64,000 bases of DNA from Piromyces finnis finn (lineage: Eukaryota > Fungi > Neocallimastigomycota): NCBI GenBank assembly GCA_002104945.1, contig MCFH01000007.1, positions 310,001-374,000 on the forward strand, read 5' to 3'. The notes beneath the pieces were generated by a model. The model was not told where the DNA came from, did no database searches, and worked only from the letters and a program-made list of their open reading frames with translations. Below are positions 12,524 to 28,066 of this stretch, one piece after another (position 1 is the first letter of the stretch; the number at the start of each line of letters is the position of its first letter). The position numbers and the translations under genes were made by a program.

Positions 12524-15500
12524 TCAATTGATAAACCAGCTTTAAGTAATACGGTTCCTAATACACATGTAAATAATGTAGCACCTAGCATCCAATGATT
12601 TCCAATGTTACCGTTTTTATCAATTTGCGATTCATACCATATGTTTTTAATCATCCAATATAATATCTATAAAAGAAATATAATAACACAATATATAATA
12701 ATAATAATTTTATATATAAATAATTAAATTTTATCTTTAATATTATTCTTAGAAAACATTGACTATAGAAAATAGATAATCATTACCAATGAATGATATA
12801 ATCCAATAATAGTCCATGAAACAAATCTACTAATGTTGAATTTTTTTGCTAGGAAGCCTTCTTTGTATATATTTGGATATTTATTTAAGTACATAGCATT
12901 GATGAATTGATCGAAAAATCCCATAACAATTGGTGGAAATACTGTAAATAGTACATTGTATGATGTTAAAGTCCATGATTCGTATATAGTCTAATGGCAT
13001 TATATATGATACAATTTTAATAATATATATAAATCTATGTTAATTTTAATTTAAAATATGCATACTTGTCCTGAAAACCCGTTATTAAATGCAAACTATT
13101 AAAATACAAAAATATAAAAATAATTTATTAGTTTTTTGAATTGATATTTCAATCAAAAATAATAATTAAGAGTAAATACCCAAAATTGCGTTAAATATAA
13201 TGTTAGATTTTTATAAAATGAATACAAAATAAGTTTTGATAATCTACTATAAGCCCATGAACCATGAATAAGTAATAATTTATTTAAAAATCTAAATTGA
13301 GATATAGAAAAATCAGCTGCTCTTGCTGCTTGAAGACCTTCCATTCCATTAATACCAACACCTATTATAATATTTAAAAACATTGTTATTAAAAAGGTCA
13401 TTGTTTATTTTATTATAAATTACATACCAACATGTGCAGCTTGAATCATACTAACATCATTAGCTCCATCACCAATAGCTAATGTAATTGCATCAATGTT
13501 ATTTTTTACAAGTTTTACTACAAGGGATTTTTGAAGAGGACTTACACGACAGCATATAACAGATTGACACAAAGTAGCTAATTCCAAGAATTTAATTTTA
13601 TTATCATCTTTTAATGCATATTCTAATGTTTTACCATCTATTACAAGACCCATTGGCTATATTAATTAACAATTTTAATAATAATTTGAAATCATTAATA
13701 ACTAAATAGATAATAAAATTATGAAATATTAAATATTACATATTTTATATTATTCATTATTTATTATTTATGTAAATAAATACTTACAGGAATAAAATTC
13801 CGACGAATATCTTCATTTTTACCCATCCATTTATTTTTGAAAGTAATTTTTGGAGGAAATTTAAATTCAGAATAATGTTTAGGTAGCTTTTGCTTTACAT
13901 TTCTTAAATGTTCATCAATGAATTGTGATAGACCTTCGGATGTTCCTTTAATTTCTTCTTCATCAAATATGATCAAATCCATATCATTATTAATTAATTT
14001 GCAAGATAAACCTATATTAACAGCTGTCTCTTGTTTATCACCAGTTAGAATCCAGATTTTTATACCTGCCTATATTAATAAATTTTTTTTAGTTTTTATA
14101 TTATTAAAATATATTTATTGTTATTTTAAACTTACTTGGGTTAATGTTGTAATTGTTTCTGGAATACCATCCTGTAATTTATCTTCAATTGCTGTTGCAC
14201 CTAACAAGAATAAATCTTTTTCAATTAATTCAGCAGCTTTCATTAACTTAATAATGATAATTGATTAATATAATTTAAATAAAATATTTATTAAAAGTTT
14301 ATTATAGATTGTATTATTATTATAGTAAAATTACTTCTTCTTCTCTATTATTTAAAGTAGTGGATGCTTCATCATATATTTTTGACCATGACATATATTC
14401 TTCTGAGGATATAGTTCTAGTTGCTAAACATAGAGTTCTTAAACCTTCTGATGCATATTCCTTTGTTATTGGTTGTTGTATTAATTTTAATATATAAAAT
14501 GATTGATTAGTTATATCGAAATATAATAATTTTTTTTAAAATACCAAATAAATGTATAATTCATGTATATACTTCAAGATGCTCGATGGTGGAATCCATA
14601 TATATATTTCCATTTTCTGCAAGTCTTTCAAAAATCACAGTATCTGCACCTTTAGTAAAGATCTTAATTTCACCATTTGGACATCTCACTATAGTACTCA
14701 TTCTTTTTCTTGTACTATTAAATTCACAAATATTTAAAATTTCATATTCAAGATCTTTACCATTTACTCTTACTATTATTGAGTGAGGTTTTCTAGTCTG
14801 TAATAAAGTTTATTGATAATTTTGTAATTATTTTTATTTTTAGTATATTATTTTAATTAATAATATATTATAAATAATTAAAAAAAAATAACATACTATA
14901 AATTGAAAATCAAATAAAATGGCACCCTTAACTAAAGCACCTTCATCTGGTGATGAAGCCTGATAATTATAAACTAATTTCAATATAAATATATTATATT
15001 ATATTATTAGAAATTTATTATTTTTATTTTTGCTTTAAACAATCTATTTATGAAAATAAAAACCTGTTGGATTTTTTTCGTCTTGTTCAGGAATAACAGT
15101 ATGGCATACAGATAACAGAGTAACAAATTGATATATTGAATCATTAAAATGTGCTTCTTTAAGGTCATTCTTTAGTTTATCGAAACTTTTCTATTAATTT
15201 TCAAATATGATAATATTAATACTATTTAACAATATAAAACTAAATATTAATATTTATTCAATTATTTAATTTGTACCTCATTCAAAGATATATCATTTTT
15301 GTTTTTTTTTTTTGAATATTTCTGTCCAGCTATACTACATTTTTGAAATTCCATAATATTACATGTTAGAGTACCTGTTTTATCTGAAAAGATATATTCT
15401 ACTTGACCTAATTCTTCTACTAATGAACTAGTTCTACATTGAGCTGCAGTATCTGAAATCTCATAGTACATATCTAAATCATTATTTATTAAAATAGAAA

Positions 15501-17747
15501 TGCAATATTTAACAAACTCCATAGTAACTATAAGACTGTTTTTCCCACATATTTTAATATCATTATTAATATTTATTATTTAATTATTTGATTTATAAAA
15601 ATAAAATGTTTTTAATTATATATTAATAATAATTAAAATATGTATAAAATATAAAATATATAGTTCATAATTTAGTATTAATACTTAAAAAATATGTATA
15701 TACCTTATAGGAATTAGATTATTAAATAAAACAATAAAAGTTAAAAATCCTAAAATTACATCTTTCACTGAAAAACTATTATCTTCTTTTGGATGTAAGA
15801 TAACTTTTTCAAATGAATAATTCTAATCAATTGATAATAATTAAAAATATTTATATAAATAATAATTTTATAATTAATAAATATATTTATATATTTTTTG
15901 TTAATAGCGAAATCCTGTTATATATACTTGTCTCATAAAGTAACCAATAGTACATGTTATTGATAATATTAATAATATACCAAAGAGAAAAACAATTTGA
16001 TAATTTGTCATATGCTCTACACTAGTTTTCTTAATTGGTGCTTTACTAATATATATTCATTTATATGATTTTGTTTAAATATTTTGTTTTTTATATTTTT
16101 TAATACAAAGTAAAAAAAATATTAATAAATATATAAATAATAAATATATTTATATTTTTATTATTACTTTGAATTTTTTAATAATTTTGTATTAGGGCCT
16201 GTAGTAATTACAACCCCATATATCCACTGAGTATTTTTTAATTTTGCACCCTATGATTATATATAAATAATTATAGATAGCATATTAATTTAATAATTAA
16301 TATATAATTACATCCATCTGAGAATTTTAATTCTACATAATTAATTTTTATATTTACTCTAAGAAGTAACTGTGTTGGATCAAGTGGATATGATTTATCA
16401 CCCATTATCAAAACACCATCATAATTATATAAACGATTATTAGGTTGTTCAGATTTAATTATTCCTTTTTTACCAATACAAATATATTTATTAATATTTT
16501 ATACAAACATTCGTCTTATAAATTAAAATTAATATTACTTTTAAATATCCTTCATTAATATTATTTTATTTTACCTTGAATTTGGCTTGCTGCTTCTGGT
16601 GTAAGTATTGTTGAAGTTTCTACTAATCCTTGCTTAATCTTCAAGTTTGTTTCACTTTTATTATTATATTAATAAATATTAAAATAAAGTAGAATAATTT
16701 ACATGATAAATTATCAGTAATTAATCAAGCCATAAGAATTTATATACATTGTGTATTTATAAATGAAGTTCAATTAATTAAATATTTATTCAAATATTTT
16801 TATCATAACTATAATAATATTTTAACAATATTTTGTATTTATATATTACCCATCTAAATTACTAGTTTCAATATAACACAATGCATCAGGCTCACTGCTA
16901 CTTAATAAAATTAAATCTGCAGGAAAATAACAGTCATTTTCAACTCTTACAATATCACCAACTTTAACATCATCCCAGGTTTTAACTACAACTTTATTAT
17001 TTTCTATAATTTGAATTTTTCTATTATTAACCTCATTATCACTTTTATGTCTTTTCTATTGAATATATGTTTTAATCAAATAATTATATTTTTTGTTTCC
17101 ATGAATTATTTGAAAAATTTTAGAATGAATTTGTACAAATAATATATTATCAAAATTATAATATTATTAATAAAATATTAATAAAATATATATATTCATA
17201 AGCATTACTGTTGTGCAATTTTAAATATATTTATTAAAAAACTTTTGAAAAATATTAATATCAATTAAATAATAGTTTAAATTACATAATCTTCGAAAAT
17301 TTCTTTTATTGCTGTTACTGCCAATACAAAAGCCAATGGAATTGCGGTAGTCCAACGATTAGTAGGTGATACATTTGGTATTTGCTATATGAAATATATT
17401 TAATAATATTATTAAATTTAAAATAAATTTATATTTGTATTAAATTTTATTATATCTATAATATTACTTGTAATAATGCTGTAAACAAAAAGAACACGTT
17501 GGCATATTTTGAAAATTGTTCTCTCAAGAATTTAAATATAAAAGAACATAATGTATATTTTGAAGTAGAAATATAATTACTTTCCTTTTTATATGTTAAT
17601 AAGTTCTTTTCATTATTATTCAACTATTAATAAAATATAATAAAAAGGTAGTTTTAATATATATCAAAAAATATTTAAATTTGAGTAAATATTTGTATTA
17701 TATATTACATATATAACTCTTTCATTCCCTATATTTCGATTAGACAT
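11855..17747 (-). CDS. DRS2: P4-type ATPase phospholipid flippase (DRS2/ATP8A-like); about 20 exons
   Basis: [17 protein letters not shown]|[62 protein letters not shown] and C-terminal RGFAFSQ..(R)VYDTT; all introns checked are GT-AG and in frame. Confidence 0.93.
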
Positions 17748-18233
17748 TTTTCTTTTTTTTTAATTTTAAATTAAAATAAACTTCACGTAATAAATATATA
17801 AATATACAATATGTTAATCAAGAAATCCACATGTAATTTTTATGTTTTTTATAATATATATAAAGATCTATTGAGTTTATAAAAAAATTATATATCTAAG
17901 GTAAAACTTATTAAAAATTCAAATATAAGCATTAAATTTAAATCTGTCAATGATGATTTTTTTAATTAAAATATTTAATTATTTGAATTTTAAATGTAAT
18001 ATAATTTAATATATTATAATTATTAAAGTTTATAAAACTAAATAAAAAATTTTATATCCAAAATTTTTTTTTATCTACAATTTTTTCTCTTAATAAAATA
18101 ATTCCTTTCATATTTCAATTTTAGTGTAATATAATTGAACATAAAATAAAAAAAAAAAAAAAAAGAAAAAGAAACATTAATAAATAAATAAATAAATAAA
18201 TAAAAGGAAAGGAAATTAATAATTATTATTTAA

Positions 18234-18283
<50 letters not shown>

Positions 18284-19913
18284 TGGTCGAATTTACTTTT
18301 TCTTTTTATATTATTATAACATATTGAGATAAATTAATAAAATTAATTATTAATATTAAATAAAAAATCAACAAAAGAAGATATTTAATAATAACATTAT
18401 AATGAACATAGGCTTTATATATATATATAATACATATGTATATATTATATATTTTATTATTTGATATAAATAATATTAATAAATATAAATTTTATAATTT
18501 AATATTTATTAATTTAATATTTATTTTTTTTTCCTCAATATGTTTTATTATAAACTATTTTTTTTTCTTCATAATTTTTAATTTTTGATTTTAAATAATT
18601 TTAAATAATTACTGCTGCTTTTTTCATTAACAAAATCATATGTTGAAAATATGATATTTTTTTATTTTGTAAATCTTTATTTTAAATATTTTTTAATACC
18701 TTTTTTTTTTGTTTTTTGAAATATTTTCAATATTTTTTTTCGACATATTTTTTTTTATTTTTTGTTTTATATTTTTCTTTCTTTTTTTTTTTTTTTTTTA
18801 ATATTATTATTATTTCTTATTATTTGTTCTTTTCCTTTTTAATGAAGCTGTTATTTACTAAAATATGTTATTATATATATCTTGTTTTGTTTAAAAAAAA
18901 TATAATTATTATACTATTCATTGTTCTGTATAATAAAAATAAATTTAACCATAGTTTACTTAAAAAATATTTTGTATATTTTTTCTTTCTAGTAAAAAAA
19001 AAAAAAAGGAAATATTGGATAAATTTTATAAAGTAAAAAGAAAAATAAAATCTATTTTTTCTTCTCCTTTTCTTTTTAAATTTTTTACCTTTTTTTTTCC
19101 TATGGGAATTAAAATTATATTATTATTTTTCCTTATTTTTTTAATTAATAATAAAATTTATTTGTAATTTTTTTATATTTAAATAAAAATTAACTGTGAG
19201 ATATTTTTCCTTTTTTTTAATTGATTTTAAAATGTAATTATTAAATTGAATTTTTGAATGAATTTTCTTTAAACATTCATTCTTTATCTATTTATTTTAA
19301 GTATATTAGTTTAATTAAAGTTTTTTATTACTTTTATTTTTACTGTAGCTTTAATCAGATATATAAAAGTAATAAATTGAACTATACAATTGAACTACTA
19401 TTTAAAATATTTAAAATTAAATAATAAAATTTTATTTAGGAAAAATGCTTTCTCTTAAATAATGTAAGAAAAATTGTTTAAAATATTTAAATAAATCTAA
19501 TAGAATATTTTTAATTATTTAACTAAATAAATATATGTAATTAAAAAAAAATTTATAAACCTAATAAAAAATAACTTTAAACCTTTTTGTCTTAAAAATA
19601 ATATACATATATATATATGATACTATTTTATATGGATAAAAAAGATAATATTAATTATGATAGATTAAAATAATATTGATAAAGTATTAAAATATATTTA
19701 TTTTTCCTAGAAATTATAATAATAAAAAGATATAAAATTAATTAATTACTAATTAAAATATAGAATAAAATATTTAATTTCTCAGATTTAAAAACTATCC
19801 AAAAATTTAATTGATTAATAATTTTATTTTTCAAATAATTATAGTATAAGCAAAATTTACTTTTTCCCCTTAGATTAGTTGCTTCTAGATGGTTGATCAA
19901 TTCAAGGTATTAT

Positions 19914-22900
19914 TTAATTAATATCTTTATATAAAGCTTTAGTTCTTGAAAATGCTTTGCATTCTCTTATAAATTCATCTATGTTGTTCTTGTTAATGAA
20001 ATTTTCTTCCTTTAATATTTTAAGGATATCAACAAACATTCCTTTAATAATAAGTATTAAATAAAAAAATTAATAATTAATAATTTAGTAAGAAATAATA
20101 AAGCTATATAAAATATTACTAGTTTTTTTATTTAATTTAAACCTACCATCTAATCTCTTTCTAAGGAAAATTGGTTCAATTGCCTTTAAGACATTGGTTT
20201 TAGCTTCATCTTTAGAGACAAATGTATTTATAAGAGGTAAGACATTCTTAATGTATTCCTTTTGTTTTTCACTTTCTGTAATATTTTTAATAGCTAAATC
20301 ATTTGCAATAATTTGTGAGATAGAACGTCCAAATTCATCGGAATCTTTAATAAATTGATTAAATGAAGAATTAATGAAATTAAGGGTTTCAGCAGTTGGG
20401 TCAACACCAATTCTCTTTATTAACTCTTCGAATTCATTATTATATCTTGAAATGCATTCAAGGTTGTGTTCTTTAACCCAATTAACCATAAGAACAATAT
20501 CAAGTTTATCATACCAGTACTTTTGTAAATCAACATTAATGCTTCTGAATGAATCAACAAAATCCTTTTCATTTGTCAATTTTTTGGTTTCTCCTAAAAC
20601 ACTACCTGCAAGTTTGGCTGCAGGTGGAATACCAGCTCTTTTACAATCTTCAGCATCCTTTATTTTATCACAAATCTTATCCATATCATTTAAGGAAAGA
20701 GCTTTAATATCAATTAACTTTGAAATGAAAATACCATAGAATTTGTAAATACCTGGAATATCAAAAAGCATTTCTTCAATAAATTCAGCATTTTCTTCAA
20801 TTTCCTTAAGAATAATATCTGATGATAAAATGTCTTTCTTATATAACTCAACAATTAATTCAGCTGCAGATTCAATGTCATTTTCTTTTGCATCAGCATA
20901 TTTATCTATGAAGTTCTTTATAATATATTTATTGTACTCATTTGTACCAATTTCTTTAATGCTTAATAATGCTTCTTCTAAGTTTCTTTGACTTACGAAT
21001 TCCTTAAAGGTATTTTCAATTCTTTTCTTAGCTTTTTCTTCATCCATCTTTGGTATTTCTTTATTTATTTCTGCTGGTTCAGAAACCATATCTTTATGTT
21101 CTTCTTCATTTAATGCATCAAAAATATTAGTACTTTGAACTTTAAGTGGTGATTCATTATTGGTCAAAGTAGATTGACGATTTATAGATTCAACACTATT
21201 ATCTCTACTTCCACTGTTTTGCTTAACAAAACGACCATTCTTACCACCTTGTGGTCCTAAAAATTGGTTAGAAATACTACCATTATGTTGAATTTTACCA
21301 AATGAATTTAATTCATTCTTTTCTAATTTATTGTTGTTAGCTCTTAAAATCATACTTTCACGCATACTTTCACTTCTTCTAGAACCGCGACGATCAGATC
21401 TATTACTGTTACTTCTACCACTACCAGATCTACTGCTATTTCTTTGAATTTCTTGTTCTTTAAGTTCTTTTTCAGCTTCTTTATGAATTTCAGCAATAGT
21501 CTTTGGTCCATTATCCTTAGACTTCCACTTGTTCTTTCTTAATTCAATAATATCCATTAACATGAATCTCATTCTACTTGGGAAAGCCTTATTCTTAGAA
21601 AGGCTATTCATATCACTAAAGTATCTGTTCCATTCTTTACTCCATTCTTTTAAAGTTTCATTATCCTTTTCGATAGCAATTAATTGATTTTCAACCTTAT
21701 TACCAACAGTTCTAAATAAGAAGCATAAACATTCAACACTTTCTTCATCTGGACTTTTTAATTGATTAAACAAAGTCCAGAAACAAAAACGAATAATTTT
21801 TTGTGTAATCATTTGACACATGTAGAGTTCACCAATGAAACGAATGTTACCAAGAGAACGACGCTTCTTTTTAGTACGTTCAGATTGCTTCTTTGAATAC
21901 TCTAATTTTTCTTCATCAGTCATTTGAGCAACTGGTTTTTCATCTTCATCTCCATCACTCCATCTATTATCCTTGTTATTTTCAAATTCTTCTTGACAAC
22001 GATTTAACATTAATTTTCTGAAAACATTATTATTAGTATTCTTTATATTAACCCATTCTTGCTTCTTTGGTAATTCTTCATTAATATATTGACACAATTT
22101 AGCATATAAACTACCAAAGTTTGGTTCATCAATAGCTTTATCAAAAATTTCTTTTATAATTCCTTTAAGAGTTTCTTCATCCTTAATACCAATATCAACA
22201 ATTTGATCAGCAAGAATCTTGAACTTTTCTAAAGTTAATTTATTAAGAATACCCTTAACCTTACGAAGCTTAATTTCAAGATCTTCAGAATTCTTTTCAC
22301 TTGGTTTAACCATTTTCCAAGCATTTTCAGACTTTTCTAATGGTTTAACTGGTGGAAGGATTTCTTGTTGTTGTTGTTGTTTACGAGAGAATGATCTTCC
22401 CATACCTCTACGTGAAGATTGATTAGATTCGTTTCTTTTGCCCATCTTACTTTGACGTTTATTTTGACTATTACTACGTTCATTTTGGTTACTTTTATTG
22501 TTATTGCCATTGTTATTATTTTCATTATTATTATTATTAAAGTTTTTGCCCTTCTTATTATTTTGATTGTTACCCTTGTTTTGATAATTATTCTTCTTTG
22601 ATTTTTCTGGAGTTGCATTAATACTGTCATAAATAAATTTTATATCAATAGATTTTCTTGGGCATAATTCCTTAAAAAGCATAATAAAAGCGGAAGTATA
22701 CTTAATAAATTTGTCTTTAACAACAGGTAATTCTACATTTTCTGGATACTTAACATTTTCGAATGATTGAATTTCTATTTTATTTTCGTATTTACTATCA
22801 TCCATTGGTCTTTGATTAATAATTTCTTCAATATTTGGTTGTGGTTGTTGTTTTTGTTTTTGTTGATTTTTGTTCTTATCAGACTTTTTGTTGTTATTTT

Positions 22901-24204
22901 GATTATTACCATTATTACCATTATTGTTATTTTGTGATTTATTTGATTGTATCTCATTATTATTTATAACTTCACTTTTAACATCATCTTGTTCTTCTTC
23001 AATATCAGAAGATTCAACCACTGTTTCAGTATTATCAGATTCAGCAACTTGAGAAGCTTCTAATGGAGTATTATTAGTATCTACAACATCATTTACAGGT
23101 GTTTCAGTACCAGTAACAGTAGATTCTTGAGTTGTTGAAGCTACAGCTGGAATTGTTTGAGTTTTTGGAGTACTAACAGAAGGTTCAGCTGTTATTTTAA
23201 TTTTTTGATTTGTGTTAGGATCAATAATATCAATTGCACTAGACTTCTTTTTAACAATATCAATAGATTTCTTTGGTGCATTAAATTCTTCATTTTTATT
23301 AATTGGACTAATACCAGTGTTCCATTTATTAACTGGACTGCCAATTGGTCTTTGTATTTTTTGAATACTATCTGGATTTGTACCTTGTGAGTATCTATTA
23401 TAATTGTAACCTCCATAGTTGCTACTACGTGTTGGACTGAATGCACCAGGACTAGTTGGTGGTCTACTACCTCTATTGGTTGGACTAATTTGAATACTTC
23501 TTGGGCTGAAACCTTGATTTTGGTATTCGCCCTGTGAATATCTATTGGACTTCATTGCACCATATTTTGGACTATGACTGCCACTACTAAAAACACCACT
23601 ATTTCTTTCCTGTTATAATTTTATTTTTGATTTTTATTTTTATTTCAAATATATACATTTTTTATTAATAAAAAATCTTTTAAAGTTTCAATTTTGCTTC
23701 AATTAAATATTACATTTTATTATATATTATATTATATAAAATTTATAAATTTATTATTTTTATATTAATTTTTACCTTTCTAAAATTACTATTCATACCC
23801 ATATTATTCATTCCGTTCATTTTTTGTGAACCGAAAGAATATGAATGTTTAATATCCTATTTTATTATTTAATTCATTTAAATTTAGAAATAGTTATATG
23901 ATAATTCTAAATTAATAATTTACAAAAACTTACTGAAGTATCTTCTAAGTCACCAAAACCACCACCATTGTACTTGACTATTTTCAAGTTTTATTTATAT
24001 ATTTTATTTATTAAATTATTAAATTAAAATAATAAAAACAATTATGCAATTCAATTTATCATATTATTTACCTTCTTTAGCACTACGACTTCTCATAATA
24101 TTATTTTCATATTTTGGAACATCATTTCTCAATTCAGTATTAATTGACTTTCTATTATTATCTTGCATATTTCTTTTAAATGAATTAGAATTTTGTAAAG
24201 ACAT
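19914..24204 (-). CDS. EIF4G: Eukaryotic translation initiation factor 4G (MIF4G plus MA3 domains); 3 small 5' exons, one very large exon, one small 3' exon
   Basis: KVKGILNKLT, FDKAIDEPNFGSLYAKLC, RRSLGNIRFIGELY, RMRFMLMDIIELR and GPKTIAEIH; 5' exons MSLQN...EG|VKYNGGG..TS|DIKH..NFRK|ERNS join in frame; last exon 20042-19914. Confidence 0.93.
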
Positions 24205-25653
24205 TTTTTTTTGGTTTAATAAAATATTTAAAATATAAAATATAAAAAAATAAAAAAAACTCTTGAATTTAAAAACATAAAATATATTTCTATTAATAAA
24301 ACATTTATTTATCATTTTGTCTTATAATTTATATTGTATTTACCTATGTAGATTTATTTAAAACTTTGCTAAATTTAAAAAAAAAATAACTTATATTTTA
24401 TGAAAAAAGAAGAAAAAAAAAAAAGAAAACCTATTTATTTATTTACATTTTTTTTTTTTTTAATTTATATATTTAATTATATTTTTATTAATATTAATAA
24501 TAATAAAAAGAATAATTATATTAAAAATAATAATTAGATTAGTAAGTTGATTACATGTTATATTTTTTGAAATAAAATAAGAATTATTTGTTAAAGTATT
24601 TCAATAAAAGATAAAAAATTTAATACAAAGATAAAAAAATTTATTTTTTTTACGTAAATACTTTCAATTTAAATTAAAATATTATTATAAATTTAACTAA
24701 ATTTATAATAATTAAATAATCCATATATTTTTTTTTAAATTATTTGCTTTATAAATATTCAATCTACTAATTTGAAATGATAATATATAATATAAAAAGT
24801 ATAATATTTTACATCGAACTTCATTTATTCCAATCTCTTAATTTAATATTAATGCATATTAATTATTTCTTTTTCTATTTTATAAGTAAATTTTTGAATT
24901 TCTAATTAAAATTGACTTTAGCGAAAAATAATATTTACCAGCTATTTAAATTATTTCAATAATTATAATATTATAATGGTTCTTCTTTAACTTTTTTCCC
25001 TTTTTTTAAAAATTTTTTTTGTGCAAAAAAAAAAAAAAAAATTCCTGTATTTAAAAAAAATTCATATATCTGGTTATTTTTTTTTTTTAATTTATATAAA
25101 CCATTTATATTGAATTAATTGTTAATATATATAACTTGAATAATTATTTATTGGTTAATAATATATATTTTTACAATAATATATTCCAATAAAATATATC
25201 AATTCTATTTAAAAAATCTTCGATAAAAAAAATAAAAATTTTGAAAAATTATATACTTTATTATATTACATTACATTATATCAATATATAAAAATTATAA
25301 AGAAGTTTTAAAAATTTTAGATACATTTATATGTTACGATTTATTATATTATATTTGATTTATATTTAATCTATAATATTTTATTTTCATTTTTATTTGA
25401 TATACATAAAAAAAAAAAAAAAAAAGAACTAATTGATTAATTAATATATTACAGTAAATTAAAATGATATAAAATGAAGTATTGTATAAATAATTTTTAT
25501 ATATTAAATTATACTGAATAATTTCTATTTAAAAAAAAAAAATTGAAATTATTTTGACGAATCATTTTTAAGTAAACTTTAATTCTTTTTAAAAATATAA
25601 TTAAAATAAAAACTATATATTTTAATAAATCAAATGAACTTGATTTAAATTAG

Positions 25654-25660
25654 CCAATCA
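25654..25660 (+). promoter_or_regulatory. Putative CCAAT box (GCCAATCA)
   Basis: About 290 bp upstream of the ATG at 25946. Confidence 0.3.
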
Positions 25661-25945
25661 CTAACATATTTTATATTCATCATATTAACATTACTAAATC
25701 ATGTGTATTAATAGATTTATAAAATAATTAATTGATAAAAGGAAATAAAAAGTGTATCTTTTGATAAATTGTCTCTTATTTAAAATTATTATCTCATACG
25801 GAATCCATATGATTTTATGAATGTGTATTATAAATTTTAGATCTATGATTAAAATACATAAATTAAATTAATGCTTTTTTTATTAGGTATAAAAATTTAA
25901 AATACAATAAAACTACTAAATCAAAATTAATTTTAAAAAAAAAAA

Positions 25946-28066
25946 ATGAACAGATATAGAAATAATAAAGGAAACGATAAGAAAAAAAAATTAGGAAATA
26001 AAAAATCTTCTGCTGATATCAAAAAAACCTTTAGCGAATTAATAGAAGGTAAGAAATATTATAATTATATATATATATAGAAGTAACTAAAAATGTATTA
26101 TATTTCTCTTTTGTAGAGGCAATTGAACAAGAAGAAAAAGGTATTTTAATAAATTTATAATATTTATTTATTTGTATATACTTCAGTTAAATCTAGTATA
26201 TATACATTTTTTGTTTTTATATACAAAATTAATGTAATATATAAAAAATAAAATAATAATAATAGGTGAAAGATATGGAGATGGAAAAAAAGCAAGAAGA
26301 TTTTATGAAACTGCATGTGATCTCTACGAAAAAGCACACAATAAAGAAAAACAAGACTTTACATGTTTATATAATTGGTAATTATTAATTTTAAAAGTAG
26401 AATTATAAAATTTAAAAAGTATAAATAAAAAATAAATATTTAAATTTTTCATATATGTTTTCAAAATAATAATATATATTTTGTATCTTATCTATTTTAT
26501 CCATAAATATATAAATCAATATAAACATTATACAAAATTAACTTTATAATTAACTAAATTACTAAATATAATTAACTTTACTTCAAATAATAAAATTTGT
26601 AATAAAATTTATATTTGGTGTCATTATTACTAAACATAAAATAATAAAACAATAACTGAACAATTTACAAAAAATATATATATATTAATATTATTTTTAA
26701 AAATTATTGTTCAAAAAAAATAATCAAAATGAAAAATATATATATTATTTAATTATTTATTATCAAAAAAAAAAATAACGATAATAGGGCTAGAGTTACC
26801 TATTTATTAGCCACCTTTTCAAAACCATCTTTCAGTACACAAAAGAAAATTAATTTGTTGCAATTAGCTATTGAACGTTTTCGTAATGCGCTAAATTTAT
26901 ATCCAAAAGCTCTTGATGCTATGTTTAATTTAAAGCAAGCATTATCTAGTTTTGGTGAAATTTGTTTAGACGAAGTTTCAGAGCAAGCTGCACTTCCATT
27001 TTTTAAGGAAGCTTGTGAACTAGGTGATAAAGTTTTTACTCTTCAAGAAGAACTTTTCAATTCAAACATTAAAAATGATTCCGACTGTTCTTGTCATGAT
27101 CATGAACAAGATAGTTGTACTACCATAATTAATAAAAATGAAGAACTATATGATGAAGAAAGTGATGCAATTACCATCAATTCATTAATTGAAACATTAA
27201 CTACTAGTGCAGAAGATTTAAATAATCTTTCCTCAATTACTGATGATATAAAAGAATCTGAAAATTTATTCAATAAGGCTATAGAAAAATTAAAAAAAGC
27301 TGAAGAATTAGCTCAAAAATCTGACCATAAAGCAAATAATGAAGATGATGAAGAAATTGATTTAAACTCCATAGATTCAGCATATGCAACAATTCTTTCT
27401 AGTAGAGGTGAACATCTTTTTAATAACTTAGGAATTTTTGATGCTATGTATTTCGAAAGTGCCTTAGATCATCAAAATAAGGTTATTAAGCGTATACCAG
27501 AATCCTCAAATTCTCAAACTGTTTATCAACAAAAAGCTCAAGAATTATGTAATAAAGGTGATATTCTTTGTACTTTTGCCGAAACTTTAATGAATAATGG
27601 GGAAAGTATTGATGAGCATTCTACAAGTCAAGAAATGTATCGTGAAGCATTAAATGCATATGAAAAAGCACATACTTTCGAAGATTCCAATAATTCTATC
27701 ATCTGTAAAATTGGCGATTTAAAATTAATTCTCGCAAATAATTATCTTTTACTTTCTGAAACCAAGAATGATGAAGCTTATCAATCAATGTTACAACTTA
27801 TTCGTCAGGGTTTAGATACATATAAAATAGCTCTCAAAAATAACGTTGAACAACCTGTCGAACCGGAAATTTATCTACGTATTGCTAAAGGGCTATCTTA
27901 TTATGATGATTTAACTAAACAATGTCAAGGAATGCTTCAAAAGTTTGTTCAAATGGGTGGAAGTATAGAAATGTTAGAAGACGATCTTCAATTTGTAAAC
28001 TTTGATTTCTCTGATGATATCAAATGTGCTCCATGGTTTATTGAGGGTATGAAGCAATTAGAATGA
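25946..28066 (+). CDS. Acidic TPR-like helical-repeat protein of unknown function; 4 exons
   Basis: MNRYRNNKG...IEE|EAIEQEEK|GERYGDGKKARRFYETACDLY...LYNW|ARVTYLL... continues into the 403-aa ORF, with TPR-like helices (FRNALNLYP..DAMFN; ALNAYEKAH..ICKIGDL). Confidence 0.75.

Noticed and set aside
20018-20032. ATATCCTTA in the last eIF4G exon as a second U12 donor
   Set aside because: The frame stays open with coding-like composition to the stop at 19914, and there is no matching branch site or AC acceptor.
20374-20739. 121-aa plus-strand ORF (and others at 22219-23390, 482-724, 13918-14786, 42552-42776, 55402-55602)
   Set aside because: Antisense shadows of eIF4G, KIFAP3, DRS2, the RlpA-like gene and the RT; no independent motifs.
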